NCBI GenBank assembly: GCA_947487525.1
Contig: CANKWR010000005.1
Span: 3,958 to 67,957 of the forward strand
Length of the DNA: 64,000 nt
Source of the DNA: Bacteroidota bacterium
Lineage (GTDB): Bacteria > Bacteroidota > Bacteroidia > Chitinophagales > Chitinophagaceae
Reading direction: 5' to 3'
In this document: positions 20,253-29,235 of the stretch, piece by piece
Layout: each line of letters opens with the position of its first letter
Position numbering within the stretch: position 1 is the first letter of the stretch
Made by a program: the position numbers and the translations under genes
Notes under the pieces: model-generated
Told to the model about the DNA's origin: nothing
Seen by the model: the letters and a program-made list of their open reading frames with translations, nothing else
Database searches by the model: none

Positions 20253-20277
20253 TTAATCGTATAAAAATCATTTGATT

Positions 20278-20802
20278 ATGCATTTCAATAAACTTTTCAC
20301 AGTAGTAGCATTTAGCTTATTTTTTGTATTTGCCGCTCAGGCCCAAACAAAATATGCGGTGATTAATACAAAGTATATTTTGGAAAAAATACCAGAATAT
20401 AAAGAGGCAGACAAAAAATTAAAAGCCTTGGGAGACCAATGGCAATCTGAGATTGATGCCAAGCAAATTGCCTTGGATAAAATGTACAAAAACTATGAGG
20501 CTGAGCAATTTATGCTTTCAGAAGAGCTAAAAAAGAAGCGTGAAGACGAGCTTTTTGTAAGGGAAAAAGAATTGAGGGACCTGCAAAAAAAGCGCTTTGG
20601 GTATGAGGGGGATTTGTTCAAAGAGCGCCAAAAGCTGGTAAAGCCCATTCAAGACAAAGTATACAATGCAGTTCAAAAATTGGCTGCTTCTTACGCTTAT
20701 GACTTCATTTTGGACAAAAGTGAAGGAATAACCATTATATTTGCTGACCCAAAATTGGATAAAAGCGATGAAGTATTAAGACAATTGGGGATCAATAATT
20801 AA
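20278..20802 (+). CDS. skp: OmpH/Skp periplasmic chaperone
   Basis: YILEKIPEY, FGYEGDLF, KPIQDKVYNA, FILDK; downstream of bamA. Confidence 0.9.
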   Translation: MHFNKLFTVVAFSLFFVFAAQAQTKYAVINTKYILEKIPEYKEADKKLKALGDQWQSEIDAKQIALDKMYKNYEAEQFMLSEELKKKREDELFVREKELRDLQKKRFGYEGDLFKERQKLVKPIQDKVYNAVQKLAASYAYDFILDKSEGITIIFADPKLDKSDEVLRQLGINN

Positions 20803-20828
20803 TAAAATAAACACAAAAAATAGAACAA

Positions 20829-21440
20829 ATGAAAAAAGGTTTTTTATTCGCAGCCATTTTGTTAGTGGCAGTTTCTTTCACAAAGAGTGCTTCTGCACAA
20901 ACTCCAGTGAAAATTGGTTATTTCGATGAGCAATTCATGATTAGCTTACACCCAAATTTACAAGGGTTAGATTCTGCATTACAATCTTATGGCAAAGATT
21001 CTTTACAAGCTGAATATGCGTATACTTTTAAAGCATACCAAAGAGCTGATAGTAACTTTAAAAAAGACTCTATAGAATATGCAACCAAAAAAGCAACTGC
21101 TGCTTTGGATATGGCAACTACTGAGTTAAATAAATTAAAGTATAAGTTAATTAACTGGCAACAGTACCAACAAGAGGCAATGCAACAAAAGCAAGAGCAA
21201 TTGTTGTTCCCATTCAAGAAAAAAGTATATGAGACTTTGAATGAAATCACTGCTGAAAGCAAATACACATGGGTGTTGAACGCATCGGCTTTGTCTCCTT
21301 ACTATCAACCTTCTATTGGCGATAACTTAGCGATTAGAGTGGCTTTGAAAATGAAACTAGCTTTACCTAAAGAGTACGAAGAAGCTTTCAGAGCTGCAAC
21401 AGGCGCTGCTCCAGCAAAAGCGGCTCCTAAAAAGAACTAA
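20829..21440 (+). CDS. Second OmpH/Skp family protein
   Basis: Signal peptide, KIGYFD, coiled coil, tandem with skp. Confidence 0.8.
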   Translation: MKKGFLFAAILLVAVSFTKSASAQTPVKIGYFDEQFMISLHPNLQGLDSALQSYGKDSLQAEYAYTFKAYQRADSNFKKDSIEYATKKATAALDMATTELNKLKYKLINWQQYQQEAMQQKQEQLLFPFKKKVYETLNEITAESKYTWVLNASALSPYYQPSIGDNLAIRVALKMKLALPKEYEEAFRAATGAAPAKAAPKKN

Positions 21441-21460
21441 TATTTTATAAATATATTTCT

Positions 21461-21493
21461 TAAGAACCTCGTTGTTATGCAACGAGGTTCTTA
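21461..21493 (+). terminator. Intrinsic terminator hairpin
   Basis: TAAGAACCTCGTTG-ttatg-CAACGAGGTTCTTA, 14-bp perfect stem. Confidence 0.75.
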
Positions 21494-21515
21494 GTTTTAC
21501 AGTAATAATTTTTTA

Positions 21516-22340
21516 ATGATGTCAGCACCTATTGGCGTTTTTGATAGTGGATATGGGGGGTTAACCATATTGAAGGAATTGAAAAAACAATTGCCTCAAT
21601 ATGATTATCTCTATTTAGGAGACAATGCCCGTGCTCCCTATGGAACGAGGTCCTTTGAAACGGTGTATGAATATACCCTGGAAGCAGTAAAATGGTTTTT
21701 TGATCAGGGTTGCTCCTTGGTTATTTTGGCTTGCAATACAGCTTCTGCCAAGGCTTTACGTAATATTCAACAATTAGATTTACCAAGCATGGGACCCGAT
21801 AAACGTGTTTTAGGCGTCATCCGACCTTCTTCAGAAGTGTTGGGTAATTTCACCAAAACAGGTCATGTAGGCATTATGGCTACGGTTGGTACAGTTCAAA
21901 GTGATAGCTATTTAATTGAAATGGGTAAATTTTTTCCTAGCCTGCAGGTTCATCAACAGGCATGTCCAATGTGGGTGCCCCTCATCGAAAATGGAGAATA
22001 CGATCAACCAGGTGCGGACTACTTTATCAAAGCCTATTTAGACCAGTTATTTAGCCAATCTGGCGATATTGATACTATTTTGCTTGCTTGTACTCATTAT
22101 CCATTAATGGCAGGAAAAATCCAGTCCTATTTGCCCAATGGGGTCAAATTGATCTCACAGGGACCTATTATAGCGGAAAGCTTAGCTCAATACCTTGAAA
22201 ATCACCCCGAAATTGTGGCAAAATGTAGTCAACAGGGCCAGATTCAATTTTATACCACGGACAATGCCGAGACCTTCGAAAAGCAGGCAAGTGCTTTTTT
22301 TGGCCAAAAAATTGAAGCAAAACACACAGATTTAGCCTAA
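21516..22340 (+). CDS. murI: Glutamate racemase
   Basis: FDSGYGGLT, ACNTAS, LACTHYP. Confidence 0.96.
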   Translation: MMSAPIGVFDSGYGGLTILKELKKQLPQYDYLYLGDNARAPYGTRSFETVYEYTLEAVKWFFDQGCSLVILACNTASAKALRNIQQLDLPSMGPDKRVLGVIRPSSEVLGNFTKTGHVGIMATVGTVQSDSYLIEMGKFFPSLQVHQQACPMWVPLIENGEYDQPGADYFIKAYLDQLFSQSGDIDTILLACTHYPLMAGKIQSYLPNGVKLISQGPIIAESLAQYLENHPEIVAKCSQQGQIQFYTTDNAETFEKQASAFFGQKIEAKHTDLA

Positions 22341-22357
22341 GATTTCAAAAAAAACCC

Positions 22358-22365
22358 TATTTTTG
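22358..22365 (+). promoter_or_regulatory. -7 promoter box for rpmH
   Basis: TATTTTTG matches TAnnTTTG. Confidence 0.6.
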
Positions 22366-22481
22366 CCGTCCTTTCACGGGTAGTGGTATGGTGACTGCTA
22401 TTAGAAACGGATTTTGAACAAAAGTATAAAACAAAAGGGCATATAGGAATACTCCTAATAACCCGATAAAAAAAGTAGAAT

Positions 22482-22637
22482 ATGAAACGTACATTCCAAC
22501 CTCATAAACGTCGTCGTAAATCTGTTCATGGATTCCGTAAGCGTATGGAATCAGCTAATGGTCGTAAAGTATTAGCTAGTCGCCGTAAGAAAGGACGCAA
22601 GAAACTAACTGTATCTAGCGAGAAAGGATTAAAATAA
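22482..22637 (+). CDS. rpmH: 50S ribosomal protein L34 (not in ORF track)
   Basis: Manual translation [51 protein letters not shown]. Confidence 0.98.
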   Translation: MKRTFQPHKRRRKSVHGFRKRMESANGRKVLASRRKKGRKKLTVSSEKGLK

Positions 22638-22669
22638 TTTAATCTTAATCGAAAGAAACTTATAATTTT

Positions 22670-22702
22670 AAAGTCCTCTTCCTTTTGGGAGGGGACTTTT
22701 TT
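22670..22702 (+). terminator. Intrinsic terminator after rpmH
   Basis: AAAGTCCTCTTCC...GGGAGGGGACTTT followed by T-run. Confidence 0.75.
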
Positions 22703-22743
22703 AATGTGCTTAATCATTCACCAGATTCCCTTAACACACTGCT

Positions 22744-23196
22744 TTGTCAAAATTATATTCATATAAAAAGGAAGACAAATTAAAGAGTAGAAAACAAACC
22801 CAGTTTTTGTTTGCTAAGGGCCTTTCTATGAATGCATTCCCCATAAAGTTAATTTACACCATTGAGGAATATGCGACCTTAAGTACCATATTACCCAATC
22901 CTTTTTTGGACTTACAACTAATACAGGAAAAAGGACAATTGCAAACAGGTGTTGGGGCACCAAGCAGAACCTTTCGAAAGGCAGTTCAGCGCAATAGAGT
23001 AAAACGATTGTTGCGGGAAGGCTATCGATTAGAAAAACCTGCATTCCTTGCCAGCACTGCATTGCAGGGGAAACGTGTTAACTTGTTTTTTTTATATACA
23101 GACGCCACCGTACTTTCACAGGTAGAGATTCAAGAAAAACTAAGTCAGTTATTAAAGCGACTTTCTGAAAAATTAAATACCGCCAACAGCAAGTAA
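22744..23196 (+). CDS. rnpA: Ribonuclease P protein component
   Basis: [23 protein letters not shown]; rpmH-rnpA-yidD order. Confidence 0.92.
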   Translation: MSKLYSYKKEDKLKSRKQTQFLFAKGLSMNAFPIKLIYTIEEYATLSTILPNPFLDLQLIQEKGQLQTGVGAPSRTFRKAVQRNRVKRLLREGYRLEKPAFLASTALQGKRVNLFFLYTDATVLSQVEIQEKLSQLLKRLSEKLNTANSK

Positions 23197-23197
23197 A

Positions 23198-23431
23198 ATG
23201 AATACCTTAAAAAAGACCATCGCTTTTCCTTTTTTAATGCTCATAAAATTTTATCAGTATGCACTTTCCCCTTATTTAGGAGGAAGCAAATGTAGGTATA
23301 CACCCACCTGTTCTCAATACACTGCGGAGGCTATCAAAAAGTATGGCCCCATAAAAGGAATTTTTCTAGGGGCCAAGCGTTTAAGTAAATGTCATCCAGG
23401 AGGAGGTCATGGTTATGACCCTGTTCCTTAA
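23198..23431 (+). CDS. yidD: Membrane protein insertion efficiency factor YidD
   Basis: [24 protein letters not shown]. Confidence 0.95.
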   Translation: MNTLKKTIAFPFLMLIKFYQYALSPYLGGSKCRYTPTCSQYTAEAIKKYGPIKGIFLGAKRLSKCHPGGGHGYDPVP

Positions 23432-23458
23432 TATGCATTTGATCACAATCCTTTTTAT

Positions 23459-23489
23459 AAAAAAACCGTCCCTATGAAGAGACGGTTTT
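23459..23489. terminator. Terminator between convergent yidD and sod
   Basis: AAAACCGTC...GACGGTTTT with A-run on the left. Confidence 0.7.
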
Positions 23490-23512
23490 AAAATCAAATT
23501 TATTTTTTGTAA

Positions 23513-24118
23513 CTATTTCGCAGCTGCAAATCTTTCCGCAACCACCGTCCAGTTTACTACATTCCAAAAGGCAGCTAAATAATCGGCTCTTCTGTTTTGG
23601 TATTTTAAATAGTAAGCATGTTCCCAAACATCCGCACCTAATAAAGGAGTGCCTTTTACTTCGGCAACATCCATTAAAGGATTGTCTTGATTGGGTGTAG
23701 AACTAACTTCTAATTTGCCCTCTTTCACAATTAACCAAGCCCAACCACTTCCAAAACGCGTCATGCCTGCTGCAGCAAATTTTTCTTTGAAAGCATCAAA
23801 GCTTCCAAATGCAGCATCAATTGCTTCCGCTACAGCGCCTGTTGGATTGCCCCCTGCATTGGGTGCCAAGCTAGCCCAAAAAAAGCTATGGTTCCAGTGA
23901 CCACCGCCATTGTTTCTCACTGCAGGACTAATGGTGCCTGCAACAGCTATTAATTCTTCTATGCTTTTGCCTTCATTCGGTGTACCAGCAATTGCTTTGT
24001 TTAAATTGTCAACGTATGCTTGGTGATGCTTGCCATGGTGAATTTGCATGGTTAAGGTATCAAAATGAGGCTCTAATGCTTCGTGTGCGTAGGGTAACGC
24101 TGGTAAAGTAAATGACAT
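23513..24118 (-). CDS. sodA: Fe/Mn superoxide dismutase (Mn-type motifs)
   Basis: [36 protein letters not shown]. Confidence 0.92.
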   Translation of the reverse strand: MSFTLPALPYAHEALEPHFDTLTMQIHHGKHHQAYVDNLNKAIAGTPNEGKSIEELIAVAGTISPAVRNNGGGHWNHSFFWASLAPNAGGNPTGAVAEAIDAAFGSFDAFKEKFAAAGMTRFGSGWAWLIVKEGKLEVSSTPNQDNPLMDVAEVKGTPLLGADVWEHAYYLKYQNRRADYLAAFWNVVNWTVVAERFAAAK

Positions 24119-24222
24119 ATTTTTTATTTAATTGTTTGATGAATGATTTGTAAAATTACAATGCTTTCGCTTGATTCAAACGATAGCGTGGATTTTTTTT
24201 AAAATTAGGTATATATGCTGAG

Positions 24223-24669
24223 TTATCGCTTTGCTCTAAAAAATGCCTGCATGAGTTCGGCACATTCCTCTTTTAAGATACCGCCTTCCAAAGTAGTGGC
24301 GGGGTGGAAAGGATTTTTTTCCGTTACACGGCGGTAACTATTTTTTTCATCGTAGGCGCCAAAAACAATGTGGCCTATCTTATTCCAATACAATGCGCCG
24401 GCACACATTAAACAAGGTTCTACGGTTACATATAAAGTAGCATCTGGCAAATATTTCATTTGCATGCTTTCGCAGGCGCTGGTAATGGCTAATATTTCGG
24501 CATGTGCTGTTACGTCCTTCAACAGTTGCACTTGGTTATGAGCTTTGGCAATGATCTTACCATGCATTACAATCACCGCTCCTACGGGTACTTCATCAAC
24601 GTCAAAGGCCCTCTGTGCTTGTACGAGGGCCTGACGCATAAAATTTTCATGTATGTTTTCCAAAATCAA
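24223..24669 (-). CDS. tadA: tRNA adenosine deaminase / nucleoside deaminase
   Basis: EVPVGAV, AHAE, EPCLMC, FFRAKR. Confidence 0.85.
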   Translation of the reverse strand: MILENIHENFMRQALVQAQRAFDVDEVPVGAVIVMHGKIIAKAHNQVQLLKDVTAHAEILAITSACESMQMKYLPDATLYVTVEPCLMCAGALYWNKIGHIVFGAYDEKNSYRRVTEKNPFHPATTLEGGILKEECAELMQAFFRAKR

Positions 24670-25359
24670 CTATAACTTTTGAATACGAATATTTCGGTAA
24701 GACACTTTGTCTCCGTGGTCCTGTAATGCAATGTGTCCTGAAAATACTTTTCCAAAATCAGGAGACTCTCCTTTTGAAAATTTTGATCTTCTGATTAATT
24801 CCTTCCAAGCATCATCTCCTAAATGTGTTTTAACAACAGTCACATCGTTCATTTTAAATTCTAGCACGCCTTTATTGCTAATAATGTCCACTTTGTTCCA
24901 TTCATCAGCAGGTTTCACATGATCTTCATTGCCTACAATTAAATCATATAAATTTCCTGCGCGATGACTAATAATTTTCGCATCTTCATGACCATTATTA
25001 TCTAATACTTGCATTTCAGGTCCAGTATGCCAAGTGTTTTTGTATTTGCTAGGATCATCCTGTACAAAAAAGATAATTCCACTATTGCCATTCTTGGAAA
25101 TTTTCCATTCTAATTGTAAATGAAAATTGGTAAATCCTTCATTTGTTACAATATCCCCGCCGCCTTGGCCATTTACTTTCGCTGCTGGATCAAAAACAAG
25201 GGCTCCGTCAACTGCTTTCCATGCTGCACCTGCTGTTTTTTCGCCAAAACTATGCCATCCATTGGTTGTTTTGCCATCAAATAAATTAATCCATTTTTCT
25301 TGTGCAGTTAGTTTTGTGCAAACAAGTAATGTACAAAGAGCAAGTACTAAATTTTTCAT
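24670..25359 (-). CDS. DUF1080 (3-keto-glycoside hydrolase/lyase family), Sec signal peptide
   Basis: WINLFDGK, NSGI, EMQVLD, WNKVDI, GHIALQDHG, YRNIRI. Confidence 0.88.
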   Translation of the reverse strand: MKNLVLALCTLLVCTKLTAQEKWINLFDGKTTNGWHSFGEKTAGAAWKAVDGALVFDPAAKVNGQGGGDIVTNEGFTNFHLQLEWKISKNGNSGIIFFVQDDPSKYKNTWHTGPEMQVLDNNGHEDAKIISHRAGNLYDLIVGNEDHVKPADEWNKVDIISNKGVLEFKMNDVTVVKTHLGDDAWKELIRRSKFSKGESPDFGKVFSGHIALQDHGDKVSYRNIRIQKL

Positions 25360-25382
25360 GCGTTGTTGTTGATTTTAAGACC

Positions 25383-25778
25383 TTATTTTTTTAATAGAAA
25401 AACATATTTAACCATTGCTTCAGCATCTTCTTGACTTATGGATGGGTGAGGTGTCATTGGAATATTACCCCATACGCCACTTCCTCCTTTAATAATTTTC
25501 CCTGCAAGCATTTTTACATTGTCTTCGGTGTTTTCATATTTTTCTGCTACGTCCTTATACGCTGGTCCGATATTTTTTTCATTTGCTTTATGGCAGGTTA
25601 AACAGTCACTCTTGCCTATTAATGCCAACCCTTTTGTATAATCTGGATTGGATGATAATGAATTTGCCGAACTGTTGGCAGTCTCATTGTTAATGTCCGT
25701 TTGGGCAGATTTATCTTTATTTCCTCCACAAGCAATTAGTGCCACTACTGCAAGCATTGTTACTAAAACCTTTTTCAT
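25383..25778 (-). CDS. Class I cytochrome c (c551/c552-like) lipoprotein
   Basis: Lipobox LIAC, CLTCH, IGPAY, GVWGNIPMTPH (axial Met). Confidence 0.9.
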   Translation of the reverse strand: MKKVLVTMLAVVALIACGGNKDKSAQTDINNETANSSANSLSSNPDYTKGLALIGKSDCLTCHKANEKNIGPAYKDVAEKYENTEDNVKMLAGKIIKGGSGVWGNIPMTPHPSISQEDAEAMVKYVFLLKK

Positions 25779-25807
25779 ACTTTAATTTTTATTCGTTTAT
25801 GTTATAA

Positions 25808-26863
25808 TTATTGAATGCCTAATATTTTTTTATTAAAAGCTTCGTCTTTACCTGTGCTTGCAAAATCATCAAAGGCTTTTTCGGTAACCTTAATAATATT
25901 GTTTTGAATGAATATTGCTCCTTCAGCAGCACCCACTTCAGGATGTTTTAAGCAACATTCCCATTCCATCACTGCCCATCCTTGATAGTCGTATGCCGCT
26001 AATTTGCTAAAGATACTTTTAAAATCAACTTGACCATCCCCTAATGACCTGAATCTTCCTGCGCGATCAATCCAATTTTGATAACCACCGTACACTCCTT
26101 GTTTCGCCGTAGGATTAAATTCGGCATCTTTTACATGAAACATTTTAATGCGCTCATGATAGGCATCAATATATCCTAAGTAGTCCATGCATTGTAATAC
26201 TAAATGGGATGGATCGTATAATAAACAGGCACGTGGATGCTGATTTACTTTTTCTAAAAATAGCTCATAGGAAACGCCGTCATGTAAATCTTCGCCAGGG
26301 TGAATTTCATAACATAAGTCAACGCCTGCTTCGTCATAGGTATTTAAAATGGGCATCCATCTTTTTGCAAGTTCGGTAAATCCCGTTTCCACCAATCCTG
26401 CAGGACGTTGCGGCCAAGGATAAACAGTATGCCATAATAAAGCACCGCTAAATGTAGCCGATGCGTTAAGTCCTAAATTTTGTGATGCCTTGGCTGCATA
26501 TTTTAATTGTTGCACAGCCCATTCGGTCCTTGCTTTTGCATTACCTCGAACTTCTGCTGGTGCAAAGCCATCAAACTGGGCATCATATGCTGGATGAACA
26601 GCTACAAGTTGTCCCTGCAAATGTGTGGACAGTTCCGTGATGGTTAAACCTGCTGCTTGAACGATGCCTTTGATTTCATCGGCATAGGTTTTGCTTTCTG
26701 CCGCTTTTTGTAAATCAATGCAACGCGCATCCCAACTTGGTATTTGCACCCCTTTAAAACCCAGGCCTGCTGCCCATTTGCAAATACCCTCTAAAGTATG
26801 GAAGGGTGCAGTGTCGCCCATAAATTGAGCTAAAAATATTCCGGGTCCTTTTACTGTTGTCAT
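25808..26863 (-). CDS. Xylose-isomerase-like TIM barrel (sugar phosphate isomerase/epimerase), cytoplasmic
   Basis: EIHPGED, YDPSH, FHVKDAE, FRSLGDG, EWE. Confidence 0.88.
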   Translation of the reverse strand: MTTVKGPGIFLAQFMGDTAPFHTLEGICKWAAGLGFKGVQIPSWDARCIDLQKAAESKTYADEIKGIVQAAGLTITELSTHLQGQLVAVHPAYDAQFDGFAPAEVRGNAKARTEWAVQQLKYAAKASQNLGLNASATFSGALLWHTVYPWPQRPAGLVETGFTELAKRWMPILNTYDEAGVDLCYEIHPGEDLHDGVSYELFLEKVNQHPRACLLYDPSHLVLQCMDYLGYIDAYHERIKMFHVKDAEFNPTAKQGVYGGYQNWIDRAGRFRSLGDGQVDFKSIFSKLAAYDYQGWAVMEWECCLKHPEVGAAEGAIFIQNNIIKVTEKAFDDFASTGKDEAFNKKILGIQ

Positions 26864-26915
26864 TTTATTTTTTTTAAAAGTAAAGATGATTTACTTCAAC
26901 ATTTTATAATTCATT

Positions 26916-28082
26916 TTACAATACGTAAGGAGTCCACTTTTTATCTGAATGTGCGGATGCTACTACATTGTCAATAAAGGCCATGCCTCTAATTCCGTCT
27001 TCCACTCCTGGAAAATCCAACATTTCAGGGGTAGGCATATTGCCATCTATTTTACATCCTAAGGTCAATGCAAAATTGCGATAAATATTTCCAAATGCTT
27101 CAAGGTAACCTTCGGGGTGCCCTCCTGGCGTACGGCAATTATGTGTAGCAAAGGAAGACAAATGTGCACCATAGTTGCCACCCGCTCTTACTATTTGCGT
27201 TGGCTGATCCAACCATTTCACCATTAAACTATTGGGCTCATGTTGGAACCACTCTATTCCCCCATTTTCGCCATACACTCTAATTTTCAAAGCATTTTCT
27301 TCACCTGCAGCAACCTGTGAAGCCATTAATACCCCTTTGGCACCATTGTCAAATTTCAACATCACTGCACCATCATCGTCCATCACACGACCGTCCACTA
27401 ATGTATTTAACTCGGCACAAACCTCCGTAATTTTTGCGCCAGTGATATATTCTGCTAAATGAGCAGCATGTGTTCCAATATCGCCCATTACCGAGCTTTT
27501 ACCTGATTTTTTTGGATCCGTTCTCCATGCGGCTTGCGCATTGCCCTCTCTTTCAGATAAACGACTCAACCAACCCTGTGGATATTCCACCCAAACCTTG
27601 CGAATCTTACCTAGTTTGCCCTCGCGAACTAGGGCCTTCGCTTGTTTTACCATTGGATAACCGGAATAGGTATGCGTTAAGCAAAGCAGCAGTCCTGTTT
27701 CGTCTAATTTTTGTTTTAATTGCTTTGCTTCCGCTAATGAAAAAGTAATTGGCTTTTCAATCACCACATTAAAACCATGATCTAATGCCATCATGGCTGG
27801 AGCAAAATGGGCAAAGTTGGGTGTTACGATGGTAACGAAATCTATTCTTTCATTTGCTGGCAAAGCTGCTTCCGCCTTGATCATTTCTTCGTAGGTTAGA
27901 TAGGTTCTTGATTCGGGCAAGAACAAAGCTTTGCCTGAAGCAACGGCTATTTCAGGGTTAATACTTAATGCTCCACAAGTTAATTCTATTAAGCCATCCA
28001 TATTCGCTGCGATGCGATGAATGGCCCCGATGAATGCATCTTGGCCACCACCAACCATGCCCATGCGTAATTTTCTATTCAT
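26916..28082 (-). CDS. Gfo/Idh/MocA NAD(P)-dependent oxidoreductase, cytoplasmic
   Basis: GMVGGG..AFIG, TPNFAH, EKP, GDIGTH. Confidence 0.92.
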   Translation of the reverse strand: MNRKLRMGMVGGGQDAFIGAIHRIAANMDGLIELTCGALSINPEIAVASGKALFLPESRTYLTYEEMIKAEAALPANERIDFVTIVTPNFAHFAPAMMALDHGFNVVIEKPITFSLAEAKQLKQKLDETGLLLCLTHTYSGYPMVKQAKALVREGKLGKIRKVWVEYPQGWLSRLSEREGNAQAAWRTDPKKSGKSSVMGDIGTHAAHLAEYITGAKITEVCAELNTLVDGRVMDDDGAVMLKFDNGAKGVLMASQVAAGEENALKIRVYGENGGIEWFQHEPNSLMVKWLDQPTQIVRAGGNYGAHLSSFATHNCRTPGGHPEGYLEAFGNIYRNFALTLGCKIDGNMPTPEMLDFPGVEDGIRGMAFIDNVVASAHSDKKWTPYVL

Positions 28083-28274
28083 TATTAATGTAATTTATAA
28101 AGCCTGACAATGGTTATTATTGTGTCAGAATAACACTTTCACAATAACACCCTAGCAATTTCCTCCTATTTTCTTAAAAAATGTCATTTTCTAGTCAAAA
28201 ATATTTTAAAAGGTTCTAAATAAAATTTACATTTAACAAATCAAAACGATTTGCTAAACTTAGGATTACTTGCC

Positions 28275-29180
28275 ATGTCAAATTCTGTAAATAGACGTAG
28301 CTTACTTAAGCAGGTGTTAACGGGTTCTGCAGCCATTGCGGCTGGAGTGACGCTGCCAAAATCATTAATGGCTGCGGTGGATGAATCTACTCAATCTGAA
28401 TTCCCCAAAGCGTTAAAAGGAAATATACATCATTCTGTTTGCAGGTGGTGCTATAGTGATATGCCATTGGAAGATTTATGTAAGGTGGTAAATCAAATAG
28501 GCTTTGGTGCTATTGATTTATTGAAGCCAAATGAATGGCCAATCGCAAAACAATATGGGCTTAACTGCTCCATGTGTTATACGCCAGGAGAAACCAGTTT
28601 AACCAAGGGGTGGAATGATGTAAAAAATCATGATTGGCTTATCAAAGATTATTTAGAAGGGATTAAGTTGGTGTCGGAAGCGGGCTATAAAAATTTAATT
28701 TGTTTTGCAGGCAACCGAAATGGAATGGATGATGAAACTGGTTTGCAAAATTGTGTTACTGGATTAAAAAAAATCATGCCTTATGCCGAGCAAATGGGGG
28801 TGATTATTCAAATAGAATTATTCAATTCAAAAATTGACCACAAGGATTATATGGGAGATTCATCGGCCTGGGGTATTGAGTTGTGTAAGCGATTGGGGTC
28901 ACCTAATTTTAAAATTCTATTTGACATATATCATATGCAAATTGATGAAGGAGATATTATACGTTCTATTCAAGACCATCATCAATACTTTGGACACTAT
29001 CACACCGCGGGGGTACCAGGCAGGCATGAGATTGATGAGCGTCAGGAATTAAATTATCCTGCCATCATGCGGGCAATAGTGGCAACGGGTTACACAGGAT
29101 ATGTTGCACAAGAATTTATGCCGGCGGACAAGGATCCGGTTGCTTCTTTAAAAAACGCAATTAAAATTTGCGATGTTTAA
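28275..29180 (+). CDS. Hydroxypyruvate-isomerase-family TIM barrel with Tat signal
   Basis: NRRSLLK Tat motif; FDIYHMQI, HYHTAGVPGRHE, QEF. Confidence 0.85.
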   Translation: MSNSVNRRSLLKQVLTGSAAIAAGVTLPKSLMAAVDESTQSEFPKALKGNIHHSVCRWCYSDMPLEDLCKVVNQIGFGAIDLLKPNEWPIAKQYGLNCSMCYTPGETSLTKGWNDVKNHDWLIKDYLEGIKLVSEAGYKNLICFAGNRNGMDDETGLQNCVTGLKKIMPYAEQMGVIIQIELFNSKIDHKDYMGDSSAWGIELCKRLGSPNFKILFDIYHMQIDEGDIIRSIQDHHQYFGHYHTAGVPGRHEIDERQELNYPAIMRAIVATGYTGYVAQEFMPADKDPVASLKNAIKICDV

Positions 29181-29235
29181 TTCATTTAACAATCATTATT
29201 AATAACAATATCTTTTACAATAAAAAATAATTAAA

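Noticed and set aside
22526-22717. 63-aa minus-strand ORF
   Set aside because: Antisense shadow of the real rpmH gene
22340-23431. oriC next to rpmH-rnpA-yidD
   Set aside because: No dnaA/dnaN/yidC and no DnaA-box cluster visible
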